A stretch of DNA of 64,000 nt, taken from Eledone cirrhosa (lineage: Eukaryota). The stretch covers positions 3,534,001 to 3,598,000 of the forward strand of contig OZ024761.1 in NCBI GenBank assembly GCA_964016885.1, in the 5' to 3' direction. This document shows positions 26,101 through 36,313 of the stretch, one piece after another. The notes under the pieces were generated by a model. That model worked only from the letters and a program-made list of their open reading frames with translations, was not told where the DNA came from and did no database searches. Each line of letters starts with the position of its first letter. Positions within the stretch are counted from its first letter, which is position 1. A program made the translations under genes and the position numbers.

Positions 26101-29100
26101 GTGTAAAGACAGGCTGCTGCCCAGCTTGGAATAACAGTGAAGTATCTCTGTATGATGTAGGGGAGGAACTGTGTAAAGACAGGCTGCTGCCCAGCTTGGA
26201 ATAACAGTGAACTATCTCTATATGATGTAGGGGGGGAACTGTGTAAAGACAGGCTGCTGCCCAGCTTGGAATAACAGTGAGGTATCTCTGTATGATGTAG
26301 GGGAGGAACTGTGTAAAGACAGGCTGCTGCCCAGCTTGGAATAACAGTGAGGTATCTCTGTATGATGTAGGGGGAAAACTGTGTAAAGACAGGCTGCTGC
26401 CCAGCTTGGAATAACAGTGAAGTATCTCTGTATGATGTAGGGGAGGAGCTGTGTAAAGACAGGCTGCTGCCCAGCTTGGAATAACAGTGAAGTATCTCTG
26501 TATGATGTAGGGGAGGAGCTGTGTAAAGACAGGCTGCTGCCCAGCTTGGAATAACAGTGAAGTATCTCTGTATGATGTAGGGGAGGAACTGTGTAAAGAC
26601 AGGCTGCTGCCCAGCTTGGAATAACAGTGAGGTATCTCTGTATGATGTAGGGGAGGAACTGTGTAAAGACAGGCTGCTGCCCAGCTTGGAATAACAGTGA
26701 AGTATCTCTGTATGATGTAGGGGAGGAACTGTGTAAAGACAGGCTGCTGCCCAGCTTGGAATAACAGTGAGGTATCTCTGTATGATGTAGGGGAGGAACT
26801 GTGTAAAGACAGGCTGCTGCCCAGCTTGGAATAACAGTGAGGTATCTCTGTATGATGTAGGGGAGGAGCTGTGTAAAGACAGGCTGCTGCCCAGCTTGGA
26901 ATAACAGTTAAGTATCTCTGTATGATGTAGGGGAGGAACTGTGTAAAGACAGGCTGCTGCCCAGCTTGGAATAACAGTGAGGTATCTCTGTATGATGTAG
27001 GGGAGGAACTGTGTAAAGACAGGCTGCTGCCCAGCTTGGAATAAAAGTGAACTATCTCTGTATGATGTAGGGGAGGAACTGTGTAAAGACAGGCTGCTGC
27101 CCAGCTTGGAATAAAAGTGAAGTATCTCTGTATGATGTAGGGGAGGAACTGTGTAAAGACAGGCTGCTGCCCAGCTTGGAATAACAGTGAGGTATCTCTG
27201 TATGATGTAGGGGAGGAACTGTGTAAAGACAGGCTGCTGCCCAGCTTGGAATAACAGTGAGGCATCTCTGTATGATGTAGGGGGGGAACTGTGTAAAGAC
27301 AGGCTGCTGCCCAGCTTGGAATAACAGTGAGGTATCTCTGTATGATGTAGGGGAGGAACTGTGTAAAGACGGGCTGCTGCCCAGCTTGGAATAACAGTGA
27401 AGTATCTCTGTATGATGTAGGGGAGGAACTGTGTAAAGACAGGCTGCTGCCCAGCTTGGAATAACAGTGAAGTATCTCTGTATGATGTAGGGGGAAAACT
27501 GTGTAAAGACAGGCTGCTGCCCAGCTTGGAATAACAGTGAAGTATCTCTGTATGATGTAGGGGGAAAACTGTGTAAAGACAGGCTGCTGCCCAGCTTGGA
27601 ATAACAGTGAAGTATCTCTGTATGATGTAGGGGAGGAACTGTGTAAAGACAGGCTGCTGCCCAGCTTGGAATAACAGTGAGGCATCTCTGTATGATGTAG
27701 GGGAGGAACTGTGTAAAGACAGGCTGCTGCCCAGCTTGGAATAACAGTGAAGTATCTCTGTATGATGTAGGGGAGGAACTGTGTAAAGACAGGCTGCTGC
27801 CCAGCTTGGAATAACAGTGAACTATCTCTGTATGATGTAGGGGGGGAACTGTGTAAAGACAGGCTGCTGCCCAGCTTGGAATAACAGTGAGGTATCTCTG
27901 TATGATGTAGCGGGGGAACTGTGTAAAGACAGGCTGCTGCCCAGCTTGGAATAACAGTGAACTATCTCTGTATGATGTAGGGGAGGAGCTGTGTAAAGAC
28001 AGGCTGCTGCCCAGCTTGGAATAACAGTGAAGTATCTCTGTATGATGTAGGGGAGGAGCTGTGTAAAGACAGGCTGCTGCCCAGCTTGGAATAACAGTGA
28101 GGTATCTCTGTATGATGTAGGGGGGGAACTGTGTAAAGACAGGCTGCTGCCCAGCTTGGAATAAAAGTGAAGTATCTCTGTATGATGTAGGGGAGGAACT
28201 GTGTAAAGACAGGCTGCTGCCCAGCTTGGAATAACAGTGAGGTATCTCTGTATGATGTAGGGGAGGAACTGTGTAAAGACAGGCTGCTGCCCAGCTTGGA
28301 ATAACAGTGAGGCATCTCTGTATGATGTAGGGGGGGAACTGTGTAAAGACAGGCTGCTGCCCAGCTTGGAATAACAGTGAGGTATCTCTGTATGATGTAG
28401 GGGAGGAACTGTGTAAAGACGGGCTGCTGCCCAGCTTGGAATAACAGTGAAGTATCTCTGTATGATGTAGGGGAGGAACTGTGTAAAGACAGGCTGCTGC
28501 CCAGCTTGGAATAACAGTGAAGTATCTCTGTATGATGTAGGGGGAAAACTGTGTAAAGACAGGCTGCTGCCCAGCTTGGAATAACAGTGAAGTATCTCTG
28601 TATGATGTAGGGGGAAAACTGTGTAAAGACAGGCTGCTGCCCAGCTTGGAATAACAGTGAAGTATCTCTGTATGATGTAGGGGAGGAACTGTGTAAAGAC
28701 AGGCTGCTGCCCAGCTTGGAATAACAGTGAGGCATCTCTGTATGATGTAGGGGAGGAACTGTGTAAAGACAGGCTGCTGCCCAGCTTGGAATAACAGTGA
28801 AGTATCTCTGTATGATGTAGGGGAGGAACTGTGTAAAGACAGGCTGCTGCCCAGCTTGGAATAACAGTGAACTATCTCTATATGATGTAGGGGGGGAACT
28901 GTGTAAAGACAGGCTGCTGCCCAGCTTGGAATAACAGTGAGGTATCTCTGTATGATGTAGGGGGGGAACTGTGTAAAGACAGGCTGCTGCCCAGCTTGGA
29001 ATAACAGTGAACTATCTCTGTATGATGTAGGGGAGGAGCTGTGTAAAGACAGGCTGCTGCCCAGCTTGGAATAACAGTGAAGTATCTCTGTATGATGTAG

Positions 29101-30203
29101 GGGAGGAGCTGTGTAAAGACAGGCTGCTGCCCAGCTTGGAATAACAGTGAGGTATCTCTGTATGATGTAGGGGGGGAACTGTGTAAAGACAGGCTGCTGC
29201 CCAGCTTGGAATAAAAGTGAAGTATCTCTGTATGATGTAGGGGGGGGGAACTGTGTAAAGACAGGCTGCTGCCCAGCTTGGAATAACAGTGAAGTATCTC
29301 TGTATGATGTAGGGGGAAAACTGTGTAAAGACAGGCTGCTGCCCAGCTTGGAATAACAGTGAAGTATCTCTGTATGATGTAGGGGAGGAGCTGTATAAAG
29401 ACAGGCTGCTGCCCAGCTTGGAATAAAAGTGAAGTATCTCTGTATGATGTAGTGGAGGAGCTGTATAAAGACAGGCTGCTGCCCAGCTTGGAATAAAAGT
29501 GAAGTATCTCTGTATGATGTAGGGGGGGAACTGTGTAAAGACAGGCTGCTGCCCAGCTTGGAATAACAGTGAAGTATCTCTGTATGATGTAGGGGGGGAA
29601 CTGTGTAAAGACAGGCTGCTGTCCAGCTTGGAATAACAGTGAGGTATCTCTGTATGATGTAGGGGGGGAACTGTGTAAAGACAGGCTGCTGCCCAGCTTG
29701 GAATAACAGTGAGGTATCTCTGTATGATGTAGGGGGGGAACTGTGTAAAGACAGGCTGCTGCCCAGCTTGGAATAACAGTGAGGTATCTCTGTATGATGT
29801 AGGGGGGGAACTGTGTAAAGACAGGCTGCTGCCCAGCTTGGAATAAAAGTGAAGTATCTCTGTATGATGTAGGGGAGGAACTGTGTAAAGACAGGCTGCT
29901 GCCCAGCTTGGAATAAAAGTGAAGTATCTCTGTATGACGTAGGGGAGGAACTGTGTAAAGACAGGCTGCTGCCCAGCTTGGAATAACAGTGAAGTATGTC
30001 TGTATGATGTAGGGGGGGAACTGTGTAAAGACAGGCTGCTGCCCAGCTTGGAATAAAAGTGAAGTATCTCTGTATGATGTAGTGGAGGAGCTGTATAAAG
30101 ACAGGCTGCTGCCCAGCTTGGAATAAAAGTGAAGTATGTCTGTATGATGTAGGGGAGGAACTGTGTAAAGACAGGCTGCTGCCCAGCTTGGAATAAAAGT
30201 GAA
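20150..30203. repeat. 70-bp minisatellite, ~143 copies, with higher-order structure
   Basis: Unit GGAATAACAGTGAGGTATCTCTGTATGATGTAGGGGAGGAACTGTGTAAAGACAGGCTGCTGCCCAGCTT. Confidence 0.98.
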
Positions 30204-30480
30204 TAATCAAACATTTTAGGGGTTTATAAAAGTAGCTAACTTTCTCAGTATTAAGTTGACAGTTGGAACATAACTTAAGAAAAGGTTGGTGCACAAACAT
30301 TAAAATGAAAGGTTTAATTATAAACACAAACATTTTAAAACAAAGTGAAATTTCTCGATAGAACCAGGGCCAGTTTCAACTGTTGATATCTAAAGGGACA
30401 ATTCTTTCAAGAAAAACGTTATAAACTTGTTTGTCCACTGCTTAATGTAAATGATGCAACTGTTGAGTCATAAACCATGG

Positions 30481-30962
30481 GTTAGACTAGTTGTCGCGTT
30501 GTGAGGTTAGACTGGCTGTCGCGTTGTGAGGTTAGACTGGCTGTCGCGTTGGGAGGTTAGACTGGCTGTCGCGTTGGGAGGTTAGACTGGCTGTCGCGTT
30601 GGGAGGTTAGACTGGCTGTCGCGTTGGGAGGTTAGACTGGCTGTCGCGTTGGGAGGTTAGACTGGCTGTCGCGTTGGGAGGTTAGACTGGCTGTCGCGTT
30701 GGGAGGTTAGACTGGCTGTCGCGTTGGGAGGTTAGACTGGTTGTCGCGTTGGGAGGTTAGACTGGTTGTCGCGTTGGGAGGTTAGACTGGTTGTCGCGTT
30801 GTGAGGTTAGACTGGTTGTCGCGTTGGGAGGTTAGACTGGTTGTCGCGTTGGGAGGTTAGACTGGTTGTCGCGTTGGGAGGTTAGACTGGTTGTCACGTT
30901 GTGAGGTTAGACTGGTTGTCGCGTTGTGAGGTTAGACTGGCTGTCGCGTTGTGAGGTTAGAC
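30481..30962. repeat. 25-bp minisatellite, ~19 copies
   Basis: Unit GTTAGACTGGCTGTCGCGTTGGGAG. Confidence 0.96.
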
Positions 30963-31159
30963 AGGTCAGGTAACAACGTCTTCCTCAAAAATTCCATTTT
31001 TGGCTTCATTTTTTTATGACTTGATGTCCTTCCTAATAGCAACCACCTTACAGTATATACATACAGTGGTAGCAGAGCAACACCATCAAATGTTAGATTG
31101 ATATTTGTTGAGACAAAATAACTTAATGGCTTAATAGTTTATCAGTTGAAATCCACTGG

Positions 31160-31447
31160 AGGGGCTCTGGTGTTTCATAGGGACAGGTGAAGCACATGGA
31201 TGATGATTGGTGGGTGAAGAAGTGCAAAGAAATTCCAGTGGAGGTAAACCAAGGAAGACTTGGGTAGAAGTGGTGAGAACTGATCTCAAATCACTGAGAC
31301 TCACAGAAGAGATGATGAAGGAATGCCACTAGTGGAGAGACCCTGTGCTGAAAAGGGCCTGTCCAATCCATGCATGAAAAATCATCATTTATGCTCGCAT
31401 GGGTTGGAAAAGTGGCTGTCAAACCGATGATGATGATGATGATGATG
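31160..31447 (+). mobile_element. Degenerate RTE LINE 3' end with (GAT)n tail
   Basis: MDDDWWVKKC..GKPRKTW.EVVRTDL resembles the C-terminus of the RTE at 51263; tail ends at 31447. Confidence 0.7.
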
Positions 31448-31480
31448 AGAGGCAGTAAAAACAAATTGAATTAACCTTAC

Positions 31481-31577
31481 CTGATCATTTGAACAGCTAG
31501 CCAGCAAAGAACCATCTGCACAAACTCTAACCATACGCACCCATTCTCTGTGGCCGGAAAATGTCTTTACACAATAT
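31481..31577 (-). CDS. PAFAH1B1: LIS1 coding exon 8: [32 protein letters not shown]
   Basis: 97 nt, TAG acceptor, GTAAG donor, phase 2-0. Confidence 0.97.
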
Positions 31578-31603
31578 CTAAAGAACCAGAAATAGAAGTC
31601 AGT

Positions 31604-31940
31604 AACCCTTTCATGACCACGTTACTAATTAAATACAGAATTTTAATTAAATAACCTTTTCATGCCCATATTACTAATGAAATACACTATTTTAATTAAC
31701 TAACCCTTTCATGGTAACATTACTAATTAAATACACTATTTTAATTAATTAATGAAGAATTTTATGGGATTTACTAAAATCCTTAATTATTTCAAAACTA
31801 AGATAGTAACTTAACCCTTTCATGACCACATTACTAATGAAATACACTATTTTAATTAATTGATTAATAATTTGGAAACCTTTAAAAAGGGTGATTTGAT
31901 TTTATGTAACCAGAGCCAGTTTTGGCCAGGTTGGAAACTA
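31604..31940 (+). mobile_element. Degenerate TTAA-CCCTTT MITE (family P1) with ~4 tandem copies of its left end
   Basis: TAACCCTTTCATGACCACATTACTAATGAAATACAC is repeated; related to the 48-bp satellite unit and its MITE body at 38602-38829. Confidence 0.65.
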
Positions 31941-32136
31941 ATAAGGAGAGGAAATACTATTTATATTGACAGATTGAAGATATTCAAACCCTAATGATGG
32001 ACATTCACACAGTTTAGTTCACGGTAAATTTTGACATTTTAACCCTTAACATCCTGCAATGTGGGTTTGTAAGCTGAAATGTTTCCGGTAGACATTGTTA
32101 TGAAATTGTGGAACACAAGAGAGTAGAGACATATAT

Positions 32137-32344
32137 TTAACCCTGTCACATCCAGCCAGAATTCTCTCACCTCTTTCTGTTCAAACAGGCTGTAACCGAC
32201 CACTCATACTGATGTTAAGGTATTGTTCTCAAAATAAATAATATCAAAATCTCATAGATTCTATATTATGTGAGATAATTATGTAAGATAAAATTTTACT
32301 GTGAAAACAGTAAATATAGAGTAATGTAAATGCTAAAAGATTAA
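32137..32344 (-). mobile_element. MITE family P2 copy (degenerate ends)
   Basis: Colinear with 60949-61167 (CCAGAATTCTCTCACC..CATACTGATGTTAAG..GTAAATGCTAAA). Confidence 0.75.
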
Positions 32345-32799
32345 TGTGATACAATCATTGTTCTGTTTTATACTTTTGCTAGACTATCTTTGCTAATGTG
32401 GTTCAATGGGGTACAGGACGTTAAGAGTCAGTCTTTCCCAAAGGAGTATTACTGGTACCATATAAAAGCAAAGCCCCGGTCCGTCCAAATAACAGCTTCT
32501 ACTACATTATTACACTCTGGAGGTGAATATCAGGATATTTTGATATCTACTCTTGGGGGTCCAGAATAATTGCCCCGCTACCCCTCAATATTTCAGATTT
32601 TCTATCTGTGACCATAGGGGCCATATAGGGCCAAGGTATTGGGTTACATCTATTAACTCCCCAAATATCAGTAAACAAGATTTAATATGTATTTGGGGGA
32701 TCAGTAACAACCATTCCTTCAATAAAACAGAGATTTGGATCAAAGATATCTTGCAAAATGAGATTAATTAATCTAAGTAAAAAATACATTTATAAAAAT

Positions 32800-33070
32800 A
32801 AAAGTAAAGAGTAAAGACCCCCTTTGGTCATGAGTGACCATGGAATTTTCACCTAGAAAGTTTCCCTCCAAGGCACAAGTCTGGGCAATGTTGATTGTGG
32901 AAGACCAGCAGTCATCCAAACATACCAGTTTCTCCTCTCTACGCTGCCGATGTTGTCCAAGAGAAAGGCAAAGGCCAATGCATCTTGGCACCAGTGACGT
33001 CGCAACTCATTTCTACAGCTGAATAAACTGGAGCAATGTGAAATAAAGTGTCTTGCTCAAGGACACCACA
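32800..33070 (-). mobile_element. tRNA-derived SINE sharing the family B head but with a different (TTTAC-type) tail
   Basis: CTCATTTCTACAGCTGA..GAAATAAAGTGTCTTGCTCAAGG matches 49500-49555; the 3' half differs. Confidence 0.65.
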
Positions 33071-33591
33071 TACATAAAAATACATTTATGTATGTGAAAA
33101 TTTAGATAATGTATGTGTGAACAGGCATCCATATGTGAAAATATTTTTTATATTATGAAGTCACGTGGCTTAATAGTTAGAGAGTTGAATTCACAATGGT
33201 GAGGTTGTGTTCAATTCTCAGACTAGGTGATGCATTGTGTCCTTGAGCAAAACACTTTATTTCAGGTTGCTTCTTCTGCTGGGAGCTGCAACCGGTAGAT
33301 AGTATCAGCAATAGAAAGACCAATTGAAACATTGTTTCCTTGGTCCGATTTGACGAGGTCCACCCCACTCAGCGAGATCTGGGATGTTGTCGATCAGAGC
33401 AGAGATGAATTGCTTAAAAAATTTATAGTTCTCACTTATTAAATAAAATTGTTCATTTACAAGATATAAGGGTTTGGGATAAGCTCCCACATTTAAAACT
33501 AATCCAAGTTCAATCGCTAACTGCTGCTGCTGGTAGTGGTAGTAGTAGTGGTAGTAATAGTAGTAGACGAAGAAAGAGAGGCAGTACTTAC

Positions 33592-33694
33592 CCAGTAGAT
33601 ATTTCCCACATTTTTATAGTTTTGTCACGTGATGATGTGACAATGTGGTCCCCACTGGGCATAAACGTCACACTTGAAACATTATGATCATGTC
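33592..33694 (-). CDS. PAFAH1B1: LIS1 coding exon 7: (G)[33 protein letters not shown](G)
   Basis: 103 nt, TAG acceptor, GTAAG donor, phase 1-2. Confidence 0.97.
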
Positions 33695-34376
33695 CTACAA
33701 TGAAGATGACAAGATATAGATAAGACATGTCCCCTGGTTAGGGGGAGGTGGCATGGTGGTGGTGTGAGGGGGACAGGAAGGTGGTGTGAGGGGGTAGGAA
33801 GGTGGTGTGAAGGAGAAGGGCAGTGGTGTATGTGTGGGTTGCTATTTATATTCTCCATGGAATACTTGGGAGAAGATAGAAATTGAATATATGGGAAGAG
33901 AGAATTCATAAAATTACAAAGAAGGGACAGAGTCCTGAAGAAAATAGCCATTGTTAAATATGATAGATGGCGAGAGATGAAGGAAACGAGATGTAACGGT
34001 ATTTATATGCTCCATGGAATACTTGGGAGAGGATTGGAAGTACAAGAAAATACATGAGAGGGTAAAACTGTCATTTACATAAATTATGAATTAAGAATTT
34101 GTAAAATTATAGACAGCTATATTGAATGGTTTGGAATAATGGTATTTTACATAGAGACATATAGGTTTTGGCAGTGTGTAGTGGTGAAATGAGATGGGTT
34201 AGCTTTGGTTGAGACTAGTAGCAGGTGGGTGAGGAGAGATGGGAAGATGTAGGGGAGAAGGGGTGGCGAGAGAAGACCAAGTCCTTGTGAAAATAGCCAT
34301 TGTTAAATAGATGGCGAGAGAATGAAATAAGATGTAACATTATTTATATTCTCCATGGAAGAAATACCAACAAATT

Positions 34377-35030
34377 GTTTTACATATATGTTATGCAATA
34401 AACTGTCTTGTACATATAATACTAACATTAAATTGTTATATGTTATGTAATAAATTGTGTTGTACATATACTACTAACATTAAATTGTTATATGTTATGT
34501 AATAAACTGTCTTGTACATATAATACTAACATTAAATTGTTATATGTTATGTAATAAACTGTCTTGTACATATACTAACATTAAATTGTTATATGTTATG
34601 TAATAAACTGTCTTGTACATAACATATAACAATTTAATGTTAGTATTATATGTACAAGACAGTTTATTACATAACATATAACAATTTAATGTTAGTATAT
34701 GTACAAGACAGTTTATTACATAACATATAACAATTTAATGTTAGTATTATATGTACAAGACAGTTTATTACATAACATATAACAATTTAATGTTAGTATT
34801 ATATGTAATAAACTGTCTTGTATATATAATACTAACATTAAATTGTTATATGTTATGTAATAAATTGTGTTGTACATATACTAACATTAAATTGTTATAT
34901 GTTATGTAATAAACTGTCTTGTACATATAATACTAACATTAAATTGTTATATGTTATGTAATAAACTGTCTTGTATATATAATACTAACATTAAATTGTT
35001 ACAAATGTCTTATGTAATAAACTGTATGCT
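34377..35030. repeat. 52-bp AT-rich minisatellite with a central inverted block (34616-34807)
   Basis: Unit TAATAAACTGTCTTGTACATATAATACTAACATTAAATTGTTATATGTTATG; the middle ~3.7 units are reverse-complemented. Confidence 0.93.
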
Positions 35031-35224
35031 ATATAGAACTACCAATGTTAAATTTATATCATATTGCTTCATGTAATAAATTATGTGTTATATACACAAT
35101 TGTTAATGCTAATATCGTTATGTAATAATGTGTGTTGTATACAATATTAAATTAATATAGAGCTGTTAACATTATTATATATGTCATATTTAGATTTGCT
35201 GGTGCCAGTGTTTGGTGGAATACA

Positions 35225-35620
35225 GTGTTGCCCTGACAACGGCAAAGGAGATGCGATGATAGTGAGAACTACAGACTATGGATGAAATAATAGACCACAA
35301 GCTGAGATATAACAGCAAATCTGTCAACAATTAAGTACAGGAACTTTACCTAGAGCCTACAAACTCAACCAATCAGAAGGCAGATACATCTATTAGAAGC
35401 CTCAAAACTCAACCAATCAGAAGGCAGATACATCTACTATTAGAACTTAATAAGAAAAGAAACTCATATCTGCTGGCATCACAAATAGATGGTAATACAT
35501 GACCAGTGACATATCCCAATGATTGTATAAGCACCTGATGAAGTCACATGCATAACCATGTAACAGAAATATATATAATGCAACAAAGCAACTATGGTGA
35601 AATAACCCGTCTTAACTACT
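35225..35620 (+). mobile_element. Internally deleted Penelope-like element remnant
   Basis: KGDAMIVRTTDY resembles the PLE RT N-terminal motif ADKG-x3-V-x5-DY; followed by a duplicated CCAAT block and a hammerhead-like motif. Confidence 0.5.
35531..35581 (+). ncRNA. Degenerate minimal hammerhead motif
   Basis: GCAC-CTGATGA-A-GTCACATG/CATGTAAC-A-GAAA-TATATA-TA-ATGC. Confidence 0.55.
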
Positions 35621-35723
35621 CATATATATTTGTAAAAATGACCATCATGTTCCTCAAAAATAAGGAATACTAGCTTAGCTCTCTTTCACTAAATACAGTA
35701 GGCTAGTGTTTGACCTATTCCAA

Positions 35724-35882
35724 GGAGACTAACTCCCTGCTGATGAAGTTACTCTTAGCCAATTAAGTAATATTTAATAGCATTACCTAATTTCTGTACA
35801 CGCCAGTCCAACATAGACTGCCGCCAGTGGAGGGGTAGCAGAAACTAGTGCATTAGTCCAGGGACAAAGAATTAAAGTCTCT
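35724..35882 (+). ncRNA. Type I hammerhead motif with extended helix I and a 94-nt branched helix II
   Basis: TCCCTG(35734-39) pairs with CAGGGA(35859-64); CTGATGA at 35740-46; GAAA at 35841-44; helix III CTAG-TGCA-TTAG; GUC site at 35856-58; distal GAGACT/AGTCTC pairing. Confidence 0.72.
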
Positions 35883-36313
35883 ACCCACATGAAATCGCTT
35901 CTCTCACTATTAACGTATAAGTGTGCACCGTTTTCTTTTTTGTTTGGTATCTTAATGATGCTGGCCTAATTAAAGCATTGAGAGACAGAACAGCTGGATA
36001 CATTCTGAGCCATCCTCAGCATTCTCGTGAAGCACCCATCCACCATCTGAGTGAGGTTCTTGGTCAGTGTCTATATATATATATATAGGTATGCATGTTG
36101 TGCATATTAGTGATCTAGTAGTTTCATTTGTAGATGTTAAACACAATATTTGGTGTTTTAGGATAAAACACAGATGACGGGAAGGGAACTAGTCTGGACT
36201 GGATTAGGGATAAGGACCAAATCATTAAATCTGGTCATATAGACCAGTCTTGAGTAGTATCGGTAGAGAAAATAAATAAGGAAGCTGGTTAACTCTCTAC
36301 AGAACAACCATAC

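Noticed and set aside
12235-30203. CRISPR-like appearance of the regular arrays
   Set aside because: Head-to-tail units with no unique spacers, no cas genes, and a eukaryotic intronic context.
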